Assembly (NCBI GenBank): GCA_965197905.1
Contig: CBDAOB010000004.1
Coordinates: forward strand, 1,760,001 to 1,824,000
Direction of reading: 5' to 3'
Length of the DNA stretch: 64,000 nt
Source of the DNA: Candidatus Latescibacterota bacterium
Lineage (GTDB): Bacteria > Latescibacterota > UBA2968 > UBA8231
Part shown: piece after piece, positions 19,984 to 28,666 of the stretch
How positions within the stretch are numbered: position 1 is the first letter of the stretch
How the letters are laid out: each line of letters opens with the position of its first letter
The notes under the pieces: model-generated
Told to the model about the DNA's origin: nothing
Seen by the model: only the letters and a program-made list of their open reading frames with translations
Databases searched by the model: none
Program-made: the position numbers and the translations under genes

Positions 19984-21347
19984 CCCCAATCTCCGTGCGA
20001 AGCCCCACCCTCGTTGCAGTGCCGACGGTGCCGCAGCAAAATCGAGTCTCTTTCGGGCTATATCTGACAGCTCCGGCGCCCCAAGCTTCAGCGAAATTCT
20101 CGTTGGCGCTCTCAATAGCCTGCCTCCGCCCCGCGCCATCGCGTAGACTGCGTAGCAATGAGGTCATATACTCCCCCATCCTGACGCGGGCCTGGCCGTC
20201 CCGAAAGGGGTCCAGGTCGTCGGCGATAGGCCCCCAATCCCCGAAGCCGGGCACCGCATTGGGGTCTGCGCGATATTGTGCCACTGCTGCAAAGATCTCT
20301 GTCCAGTTTGCAAACACTACCGTATCCTTGCCCCAGGCGTAATAAGGGTGCGCGTCCATGTCCATAGCGTCGATGAGTAACGACGGCACCCCGGCCAGAT
20401 AGGCCTCTAGCCCCGCAGTAGTACCCACCAATTCGCCAATCGCGACATCCGCCATCAAACCGGCCACAGCGGGATAGGTCCCCAAATCGTCGCATATGAG
20501 CAAACGGCCCGTCGCCATAGCTTCTTCCAATAGGTCCTCGATATCGGCGAGCCGCTTGAAAAGGTCTCTCGCTTTGGGCTTGCACACCACACCGACCGTA
20601 TCATCGACAAGCAGCAGCTCTATAAGACCGACATACACGGCAGTGGTATCCGCGTTGGAGATAATGGCATCCCTGCCAGGCGTAGAATTTTCGTCGAAAT
20701 AGGCGATGATAAAACCGCGCCCCTTTCGCCCGCAGCCGTTCCCGCTCCGCTCTCGACTCGGCCTCGACCTCGACCTCGCGAAATATACCGTCGAAAATGT
20801 ACCCGGTGTATATCAGGGATTCCGTTGGCAACCTGTGTGGGGCCCACAAATCGGTGAAGAGGGGGGAGTAGGAAAACAGCACGTCCGACGTCGGCGTCAT
20901 ATCCAGCGAGGCGTCGTATAGATTCGAGCCCTGGTAGGAGACGCTGACCCCGCCCGAGCGGCGTAGCGCCATAGCGCCGCCAATGCCCTTGTAGCTGACG
21001 AAACCGCTGTAATCCACATTCGCCTTGATACCCTGGGTCTTGAAGAAATCATGCCAAAAGGCGATATCGAAAACCAGGGCGTTGACATATTGCGTATAAG
21101 CTGCCACCCGTCCCCCCTCTCGCGACAGGCTGCCCATAAAGGCCCAATAATCGACCTGTACGACCTGAATCTTACCATAGCCCAATACAGCGAGGACCTT
21201 TAAAGCCCATCGAGCCGACGACGATACCTCGTCAAAATACCAGATCTCCTGGGGGGCGTCGGCTTTAGGCCGCAACCGCAACAACCAGTATACGAGGGCT
21301 GCCAGGGTGATATTATCCATATACGTCCTGGCGTTATCCGCTTTCAT
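19967..21347 (-). CDS. Polysaccharide-biosynthesis-associated hypothetical protein, possibly GT-B fold; +1 frameshift in A4 run at 20711-20714
   Basis: ORFs 20601-21425 and 19967-20638 join as ...AKGARF|IIAYFDENS...; C-terminal KPK, TTAGLEA and DPFRDGQA resemble GT-B nucleotide-binding halves. Confidence 0.5.
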
Positions 21348-21366
21348 ATCCGGCACCGCCTCACCG

Positions 21367-22029
21367 CTACCCCGCGACAAAATACGTATCGCGCACTTTC
21401 CTGCGCGCCGGCTTGCAGCGCACATCGGGATATTGGCCGAAAATGACTTGGCCCTCGGGAAGTTCCGAATCTATGACGACCGCCCCCACCGCCAGCCAGC
21501 TATTGGCGCCGATATGGCACCGGCCCGCGATCACGCTGCCCGCGTGCATGGCGACTCCCTCGCCCAAAACGGGATATTCCCCGTCGTAGTTGGCCCCGAC
21601 GGTACAGTTGTGGTGGACCATGAGATAATTGGCATATTGAGCCCGCCCCAGCACTGTGCCCATACAGTGGTTGAAGAGAAATACGTCGGGCAACTCGACT
21701 TGATAAAAGACATCGATGGCGTGCAGGTGCTTGTTGAGGCCATATATTCGGGCTGCCAGTTCCTCGTTTTCTTCCACGCTCCATGCCGTATTCGACAATA
21801 AATACAAAAACATGGCGTACTGATCGGAGTGGAGGTGGTCGAATACTACATCTTCGCCGTCGGCAAAGTATTTATCGCGGATCCTGGAAAAGCAGTATTC
21901 GACGCGCTCCATGGTTTGGTTGAGCGCAGGCGCAACCCCCGCAGCACCCAGGGTATAATCAGGAAAAGACGCCGCCAACTGGTCCGCCACGTACGCCGAG
22001 AGCCGGCCTTGGGGCAGTGATAGCCTCAT
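21367..22029 (-). CDS. Serine O-acetyltransferase-like left-handed beta-helix acyltransferase
   Basis: FDHLHSDQYAMFLY, LNKHLHAID, HCMGTVLGRA, hexapeptide repeats. Confidence 0.8.
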   Translation of the reverse strand: MRLSLPQGRLSAYVADQLAASFPDYTLGAAGVAPALNQTMERVEYCFSRIRDKYFADGEDVVFDHLHSDQYAMFLYLLSNTAWSVEENEELAARIYGLNKHLHAIDVFYQVELPDVFLFNHCMGTVLGRAQYANYLMVHHNCTVGANYDGEYPVLGEGVAMHAGSVIAGRCHIGANSWLAVGAVVIDSELPEGQVIFGQYPDVRCKPARRKVRDTYFVAG

Positions 22030-22036
22030 GGCTGCC

Positions 22037-23377
22037 CTAATACAAACTTCGCGCCGTCTGCGTTCCCGCGTCGATATCATCGACGATGACGTAGACATTT
22101 CCGGCGCGGTCGCAGCTGGCTACTCCGACCGCTGCGAGCTCTTCGCGCGGCACGGTGTGTTGGTCAAAGGCGTAGGTCCACTCGTGGAACGGGACCTGGA
22201 AGTCGAAATTGTCGTGGAAGTAATGTCCGCTTTTGGTTTTCAGAGCCAGAAAGGGTTGCGGCCCGAAGGTCGGTGTCGCGGTCCGCACCCGCAATCCGCC
22301 GCCCTCGATCTGGACCTCCAACTCTAGCGCGGGTTCGGGGTCTATAGCCAATGCGTCGCGCACGGCGCTTCTCGCCTCAGAATATTTGACCTCGACCTCG
22401 GGAAACCTCGCCCTGGCTGAGGAAAGCATACCGCGGACGGTGTCGATATCCGGACGCATATCCCTGAAATCGTGGTGCGTAAAGCCCAACACCACGGGTT
22501 TTTCGGCCATCGCCTCGGCGAACGCCTGATCGACATCCGCCTGCTGCAGTAAGCGCAACCGCGTGCCGAAGTTGAGGCAGCGCATGGTCCACCGCCGGCA
22601 ATCGCCGGGCACCTGGTAGTCCTCGTGCGCCGGATGGTAGGGCTGCCAGTTGTGCGGCGCTCGGCGCCAATCGCCGAAGCGGCCGGCGTCGAGGTCCGGA
22701 TGCGGCTCCGCCACGGGCGCGCACGCCTGGTTGGAGAAGTCGAACGGGATATACTGCTCCAAAAACCAATGGCTGTCCGGCCGGATCACATTAAACCCCG
22801 GACGAAAAGTGCATGGGAACCAGGCTCGATCAATAATTCTCCGCGCCAGCGACTGATACAGGGTATCCGCGTAGCCGAAATAGCTAGTCGCGCAGTGATG
22901 GGCGCTGCGGCTGATTGGCATGGGATGGTAGTGGAAGTGTATCCCGTCGGGCTTGGTGCCGGTGGATTCGGCCAATGCGACATAGCGGTCGAAAATCTTG
23001 TGATAGCCTATATCGCGGCGACGCGGATTGGCGGCGTAACCGACGTGGTCGACGCAAAACCAGGAATAGATCCAGCCGTTGCCGAACGAATCCGGGACCT
23101 GGTTCCGGTACTCGGCGCTGGCGATCTCTGCCAGCATGCCGTTGAGTTTGTCCCAATCGTCATTGTAGTCCAGCAGGTTGGACGCCACCAACTCGGCGAC
23201 CGCGTTTTCGTGGCCGCCGAGATCGATCTCCTTATCGCGCAGCCGCTGCAGGTTTTCGCTACTCGGTTCGATGCTGATGCCCCAGATCGCCTCAATCCTC
23301 CCAAACGTGGCCTCGAGAGATTCGTAGAGCGGCCCTTCGGTATCAATGCAGTGGACGACGTGGACGACGGATGCCAT
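22037..23377 (-). CDS. Conserved hypothetical protein, polysaccharide deacetylase-like metal-binding motifs
   Basis: HCIDTEGP, HFHYH, FRPG, DWR and HHDFRD resemble WalW/CE4-like TIM barrels (inference). Confidence 0.55.
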   Translation of the reverse strand: MASVVHVVHCIDTEGPLYESLEATFGRIEAIWGISIEPSSENLQRLRDKEIDLGGHENAVAELVASNLLDYNDDWDKLNGMLAEIASAEYRNQVPDSFGNGWIYSWFCVDHVGYAANPRRRDIGYHKIFDRYVALAESTGTKPDGIHFHYHPMPISRSAHHCATSYFGYADTLYQSLARRIIDRAWFPCTFRPGFNVIRPDSHWFLEQYIPFDFSNQACAPVAEPHPDLDAGRFGDWRRAPHNWQPYHPAHEDYQVPGDCRRWTMRCLNFGTRLRLLQQADVDQAFAEAMAEKPVVLGFTHHDFRDMRPDIDTVRGMLSSARARFPEVEVKYSEARSAVRDALAIDPEPALELEVQIEGGGLRVRTATPTFGPQPFLALKTKSGHYFHDNFDFQVPFHEWTYAFDQHTVPREELAAVGVASCDRAGNVYVIVDDIDAGTQTARSLY

Positions 23378-24492
23378 CTAAAAATAGCTCTCGAGCGTAC
23401 CTTCCCGGACCGTATCGAGCGTGCAGCAGTGAAATGCACCCTTCATCAGGAACTGGTTGGGGTTTTTCAGCGGGATGACTGTGAACCCGTGCTGCTCAAG
23501 CTTCTTGATCAGCGGCGTCTGCCGCTCGTCGACGATAACCGTCTCCGCATCCAGCGACAAGCGGTTCATGCCGGTCCAGACGGTGGTCATATAGGTCAGG
23601 TCGCTTTCGACGCCGAGTTCTTCAAATTGCTTGTTGATCGGCGTCCACACTTTCTCGAAGAAGTCTTCGACCTCCTCGGGATAGGGCTGGATATCGTGGA
23701 AGTAGATCTTGTCCCAGCTGTCGAAGAGCGACGGGCAGTTGTCCTCGCTGACGCGTTCGCCATTGACCAATACTAAACCGGGTCGCAGCACGATCAGCGT
23801 CGAATCGATATGGGCCGAGCGGTAGATCCCCTCCGTGGTGTGGACCTTGTATTCGTCGCCGAGGATCGACTGCAGCCACTTGGCGCCGAGGTAGTTGCCC
23901 GAACCGGACACCAAGTAAATCAGATCGCGCCCCATGCGCAGCGTATTGGCAGCCTCGAACAGAATCTCGTCCTCGCTCAGTTTGTGGTATTTCTTACCGT
24001 CTTCGAAGAACGGAATCCGATAATTTCCCTTCAGCCTCGGTTTCGGCGCGGCGATCCAGCGAAAGCCCTCGTCCATATACTCTTCGAGAAAAACGTTGTG
24101 CATGCACTGGGCCTCGAAGTAGCGGTGCTTCATATGCGACGGCGATTCGATCACCGTGTTGCCGGCGATCAAGTGCAGGTCGCGGGCGTTATAGGCGTTG
24201 ATGCCGGTCGAACACCAGTACCCCGTAGAATGGAAATTGTTGATCCCGGTGCTGTCCGGTCGAAACACCTTGGCACCGTATTCCCTGCTGACGTCGCACA
24301 GTGCTTCGAGGTCGGCGTTGACATCGTCGATAAGCGATTGCGGGAACGCCTGGGCGGCGAGTTTCTCGATCTTTTCGCGCTTGTCGGCGGGGACCCACTC
24401 CTCGTCGGGAAATGTCAAGAACGCCTTGGTATCGGCAACCCCTACGATAACTTCCTTAAGGGGTCCCATTCGTTGTGACTACAGATCTTCAT
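23378..24492 (-). CDS. Amidinotransferase (glycine/inosamine-phosphate amidinotransferase family); -1 frameshift in G4 run at 24460-24463
   Basis: Repaired N-terminus MKICSHNEWDP|LKEVIVG after AAAGGAG RBS; ARD, AAPKPRL, FEAAN, SGSGN..G..WL, HIDST, FHCCTLD. Confidence 0.9.
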
Positions 24493-24555
24493 AGAGTGTT
24501 GCTCCTTTGTCGCTTTGCTATAGGTTGGTCCGGTGTCGTCGGTGTGCGCCCGACG

Positions 24556-25473
24556 TTATTTTTTGACGGCCAGGTACTGCACCATGCCCTGGCCATAGAG
24601 CGCCTTCGAGACCGGATGGTCTGAGTGGTAATGCAGCGGCGCGCTGAATTTACGCACATCCGTCCGCTTGACGTAAAAATGAAGGCGAGTTACGTCGGTG
24701 AAGCCGTTCTCCTCGTACAGCGACTCGACGAATTCCGGCGTGCACTGCGAAGACAGCTCGTTCGGGCGCTGGATATAGTTCTGCAGGAAGATACAGAATT
24801 CGATGCCGAACAGCGGCTTGACCGCCTCTGGGTCGACCGCCTCGCCCGTGCGCTCGTGGTGCTCGCCGAGGGCGAAGTCGATCGTGTCGTGGATCACCTC
24901 CGGCGTGATCGTGTCGATAAACTCCTTGAAATACGCGTTCTCTTGATAGTATTTCTGCAACGCCGGAAAGATGGCCGCCATAAAGGCGCCGCCGGCGATG
25001 CCGTAGGCCGTGTAGTAATACCCACCCGGCTTCAGCACCCGCACCCCTTCGCGAAAGGCTGCGCTGACTTCGTCGAGATTGTTCATCAGGGTCAGCACGC
25101 CATTGATCGTCACGAAGTCGAAGGTTGCGTCCAGGTGCGGGATCTCCAGGACATTGCCCGGCTTCAAGTGCAGCCGCGACCGATCCACGCCGCGGCGCTC
25201 GAGGTTAGCGTGCAGCTTGTCCATCCACGCATCGCCCAGATCAACCCCGTGCACCGTCTCGATGCCTTGGTGGAACAGCCATAAAATAAAAGGACCGGCG
25301 TTGCCGCAGCCGGCGTCGAGCGCGACCTTGCCCTTGAACCACTCCGGCGGAATCGGAATCGAAGCATTATCGTACATGTCGTAGAGTCGGCGGAAGGCGA
25401 CCTCGTCGGCGGCGACCATCTCGTGCTGGGCGTCGTAGACGGCTCGCGTCAGTTCCGAAATATCTTCTGCCAT
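24556..25473 (-). CDS. Class I SAM-dependent methyltransferase (copy A, 305 aa)
   Basis: ALDAGCGNAG, TFDFV, RVLKPGG. Confidence 0.9.
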   Translation of the reverse strand: MAEDISELTRAVYDAQHEMVAADEVAFRRLYDMYDNASIPIPPEWFKGKVALDAGCGNAGPFILWLFHQGIETVHGVDLGDAWMDKLHANLERRGVDRSRLHLKPGNVLEIPHLDATFDFVTINGVLTLMNNLDEVSAAFREGVRVLKPGGYYYTAYGIAGGAFMAAIFPALQKYYQENAYFKEFIDTITPEVIHDTIDFALGEHHERTGEAVDPEAVKPLFGIEFCIFLQNYIQRPNELSSQCTPEFVESLYEENGFTDVTRLHFYVKRTDVRKFSAPLHYHSDHPVSKALYGQGMVQYLAVKK

Positions 25474-25530
25474 GACTGGCGTACTCCTTTGCCACAGATA
25501 GATGTTGTGATTGAATTTTCGCGTTTGGGG

Positions 25531-26448
25531 CTACTTCTTCACGGCGAGGTATTGCACACCGCCCTGGCCGTAAAGCGCCTTAGCCACCGGGTGGTCCGAG
25601 TGATAATGCAGCGGCGCGCTAAACTTGCGCACATCCGTCCGCTTAACGAAATAATGCAGCCGGGTGATGTCGGTAAAGCCGTTCTCCTCGTACATCGATT
25701 CGACAAACTCCGGCGTGCACTGCGAGGAGAAGTCGGTCGGGCGCTGGATATAATTCTGCAGGAAGATACAGAACTCGACGCCGAACAGCGGCTTGATCGC
25801 CTCCGGGTCGACCGCCTCGCCCGTGCGCTCGCGGTGCTCGCCGAGGGCGAAGTCGATCGTGTCGTGAATCACCTCCGGCGTGATCGTGTCGATGAATTCC
25901 TTGAAATAGTCGTTCTCATTGTAGTATTGCCGCAACGCCGGAAAGATCGCGTCCATAAAGGCGCCGCCGGCGATGCCGTAGACCGTGTAGTAATAACCGC
26001 CCGGCTTCAACACCCGCGCCCCCTCGCGGAAGGCCTCACGGATCTCGTTCATATTGTTCAAATGAATCAACACGCCGTTGATCGTCACGAAGTCGAAGGT
26101 TTCGTCCGGGTGCGGAATATCTCGAACATTGCCCGGTTTCAGCAACAACTGCGAACGGTCGATGCCGCGGTGCTCGAGGTTGGCATGCAGCTTGTCCATC
26201 CACGCGTCACCCAAATCGACCCCGTGCACCGTCTCGACCCCCTGGTGGAACAGCCATAAAATAAAAGGGCCGGCGTTGCCGCAGCCGGCATCAAGCGCGA
26301 CTTTGCCCTTGAACCACTCCGGCGCGATCGGGATCGAGGCGTTGTCGTACATATCATAGAGTCGGCGGAAGGCGACCTCGTCGGCGGCGACCATCTCGTG
26401 CTGGGCGTCGTAGACGGATCGCGTCAGTTCCGATATATCTTCGGCCAT
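25531..26448 (-). CDS. Class I SAM-dependent methyltransferase (copy B, 305 aa)
   Basis: Same motifs; 38 substitutions versus copy A by manual count; shared RBS CAAAGGAGTACGCCAG. Confidence 0.9.
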   Translation of the reverse strand: MAEDISELTRSVYDAQHEMVAADEVAFRRLYDMYDNASIPIAPEWFKGKVALDAGCGNAGPFILWLFHQGVETVHGVDLGDAWMDKLHANLEHRGIDRSQLLLKPGNVRDIPHPDETFDFVTINGVLIHLNNMNEIREAFREGARVLKPGGYYYTVYGIAGGAFMDAIFPALRQYYNENDYFKEFIDTITPEVIHDTIDFALGEHRERTGEAVDPEAIKPLFGVEFCIFLQNYIQRPTDFSSQCTPEFVESMYEENGFTDITRLHYFVKRTDVRKFSAPLHYHSDHPVAKALYGQGGVQYLAVKK

Positions 26449-26519
26449 GGCTGGCGTACTCCTTTGACGCGGGCAGGCGTTGTGATTGGATTGGCGTTGA
26501 ATATAGAATTGAACCGCAG

Positions 26520-26548
26520 GACTGGGCACAATCCAGGGGGGCAGGTCA
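26520..26548 (-). mobile_element. Isolated IS3-type terminal inverted repeat (probable left end)
   Basis: Minus strand reads TGACCTGCCCCCCTGGATTGTGCCCAG; the first 12 nt are identical to the IS end at 13213. Confidence 0.65.
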
Positions 26549-26578
26549 AACCCATTGTCTTGCAACATTTTATGTCAG

Positions 26579-26677
26579 TGGCGGGAACGTGTGGGAATCG
26601 AACCCACCCAGCGACGCTCTCGCGCCACCGCAACGGATTTGAAGTCCGCGGAGGCCACCAGGCACCCTTCCGCTCCC
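26579..26677 (-). tRNA. selC: tRNA-Sec (UCA)
   Basis: 99 nt; GCGGA-CTTCAAA-TCCGT anticodon arm; long D-stem with TGGT loop; long variable arm; GTGGG-TTCGATT-CCCAC T arm; GCCA end. Confidence 0.95.
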
Positions 26678-26808
26678 ATCAACGATGTATAACCGAGCGC
26701 GTTAACCGACGCGCTGGCACCCGGTGCGTGTGCTGTTCTAGGCACCCCTGGAATAACCCCGCCATCTGGGATCAGAGGCGAGATTTGGCACAAAATCGAA
26801 GGCTGCTG

Positions 26809-27252
26809 CTATTCTTTGACCACCCAAAGCTTTACCGTAGCGGCGACTTCGGCGTGCAGACGAATCTCGATATTATACACCCCTAATGCTCGTATCGGTT
26901 CGTCGAGAACGATCTTGCGACGATCGACCTCGTACTCTTTTTCTCCCAGCAAATCCGAGATGTTCTGAGCCGTGACCGAACCGTACATCTTGTCCTCTTC
27001 GCCGACGCGGACTACGGCCGTCAGTGAATCCTTTTCCAAAGCCTTCGCCAGAGTGGTCGCCACCCGCTTTTCCCGCTCGGCGGTCGCCTCGTGTTGTTTG
27101 CGCTGGGATTCGAAGCGCGCCACGTTGGCATCGGTGGCCAACAGCGCTTGCCGCTGGGGAATTAGGAAGTTGCGCGCGAATCCGTCGGCGACCTGGACGA
27201 TCTGGCCGGCGCGACCCACCCGGTCGACATCCTTCAGTAGAACTATTCTCAA
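26809..27252 (-). CDS. rplI: 50S ribosomal protein L9
   Basis: VADGFARNFLIP, MYGSVT, PIRALG. Confidence 0.97.
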   Translation of the reverse strand: MRIVLLKDVDRVGRAGQIVQVADGFARNFLIPQRQALLATDANVARFESQRKQHEATAEREKRVATTLAKALEKDSLTAVVRVGEEDKMYGSVTAQNISDLLGEKEYEVDRRKIVLDEPIRALGVYNIEIRLHAEVAATVKLWVVKE

Positions 27253-27277
27253 GATTCCGCCTCCTTATTCACACTGC

Positions 27278-28111
27278 TCACAACGTTGATGTGCCGTCTG
27301 CGTCACTTTCGGGTTGCGGCTGTGGTGTACGCAGATGGCGCCAATCGAACCAGGTATCGAGGATCCCCACGGCGCCGAGGATGGGTATGGAAATTCCCAT
27401 CGTGAAGACCAATGACAGGTAGACAAACACTTCCACCAATGGCGGAACACCGAGCCGAGCCATGTAGAACCGCACGACGGCGGCGCCATGGGTGGCGTAG
27501 ATCGCGGCGACCACGACCAGCGCGTTCAGGCCTAGATCGAGTAGGATACCGCCACCGACCAGCACCAGCACGAGGCTGACTATCAACACCCAGATAAGTT
27601 CGTCCCAAGGTCGCCATAGCCGGAACGCGGTTGCGGTCGGCAAATCCAAACCGAAGCGCGGAGCCAAGGATTGACCGAAACGATAGGCGAGGACGAGCGA
27701 CAGAATCCCCATCACGCATTCCATGCCCGGTTGCAACCGAAGCGCCACGGTCGCGATCTCGTGTATCGAGTACCCTTGGTCTTCCATCTGCAGACCCATG
27801 CTCTCTAGCTGAGTCACGAGCTGCCCGAGCTCCTCTTCCGGTATCAGCTCCTGGGCAAAAAACACCATTGCCACACTCTGCAGAACGGCGGGAAGCGCAC
27901 CACCGAAGATCGCAACTCCGTATGCGAAGCCGCGTTCCAACAGCATCCCTGCCACCAAACCGATGACCACAGCCACACCCACGGTTGTGCCGGCTGTTAG
28001 CGAAACCCCAAGGGTGGTGAGCAGGGCGAACGGAAGTACCCGCTGGCTGCCGAAACGGCGGCAGGTCAGCAGTACGACGGTCGCCAGAAGGACACTACTT
28101 AGGAGCGGCAA
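27278..28111 (-). CDS. DUF2232/YybS family membrane protein
   Basis: Multi-TM protein, GILDTWFDWR C-terminal motif, usual position before rplI. Confidence 0.8.
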   Translation of the reverse strand: MPLLSSVLLATVVLLTCRRFGSQRVLPFALLTTLGVSLTAGTTVGVAVVIGLVAGMLLERGFAYGVAIFGGALPAVLQSVAMVFFAQELIPEEELGQLVTQLESMGLQMEDQGYSIHEIATVALRLQPGMECVMGILSLVLAYRFGQSLAPRFGLDLPTATAFRLWRPWDELIWVLIVSLVLVLVGGGILLDLGLNALVVVAAIYATHGAAVVRFYMARLGVPPLVEVFVYLSLVFTMGISIPILGAVGILDTWFDWRHLRTPQPQPESDADGTSTL

Positions 28112-28116
28112 GACAG

Positions 28117-28629
28117 TCAGCTGTCGCCTTCTTCAGACGCGGTGCTGGGCACCGCTTCGTCGGCGGCTGCGTCCTTGGTTTGGCTGTCTTCTTCTGCCGT
28201 CGGTTCTGCGGCGCGCCGAGGTCGTTCCTCTTGCCCCTCACGGCCGTCTCGATTGTCGCGCCGAAAGCTGTCCCGCGAAGGCCGTTCGGGGAACAGTGCG
28301 CTCTCCGGCAACAGCTGGGGCACCCGCAAAAACTCGCCTTGGATACCGACAACCAGGTGGCGAAGAACCTCTTCGTCCAAGGAAAGCTCGCGCTCCAAGG
28401 CCGAAATCGAAGTCGGATCCGCGGTAAACTGAAAAAGCACATAATACCCTTGTTGTCGCTTCTTCAAACTTGCCGAGGAGTAGGACAATTTGCGCAGCCC
28501 CCAATGGTCGGTGTGAGCAACCTCGGCAGAACCGGACTTCAAGTACTTCTCGTACTTCTCCGCCACCTCGCCGAATCTTCCGTCGCCAATCTGAGGATCT
28601 AGAATACAGACCAGTTCGTAATTCTTCAT
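28117..28629 (-). CDS. rpsF: 30S ribosomal protein S6 with long charged C-terminal extension
   Basis: KNYELVCILDP, HWGLRKLSY, GYYVL, EEVLRHL. Confidence 0.93.
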   Translation of the reverse strand: MKNYELVCILDPQIGDGRFGEVAEKYEKYLKSGSAEVAHTDHWGLRKLSYSSASLKKRQQGYYVLFQFTADPTSISALERELSLDEEVLRHLVVGIQGEFLRVPQLLPESALFPERPSRDSFRRDNRDGREGQEERPRRAAEPTAEEDSQTKDAAADEAVPSTASEEGDS

Positions 28630-28666
28630 ACGTTGTTCTCTTTAGGTTTGCGCCGACGTCGGTGCT

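Larger units (their letters stand above)
13013..26647. mobile_element. Decayed genomic island integrated at tRNA-Sec, carrying nonulosonic acid biosynthesis/modification genes; no integrase
   Basis: 96-bp flanking direct repeat including the tRNA 3' half; IS remnants; pseudogenes; all cargo on one strand. Confidence 0.85.
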
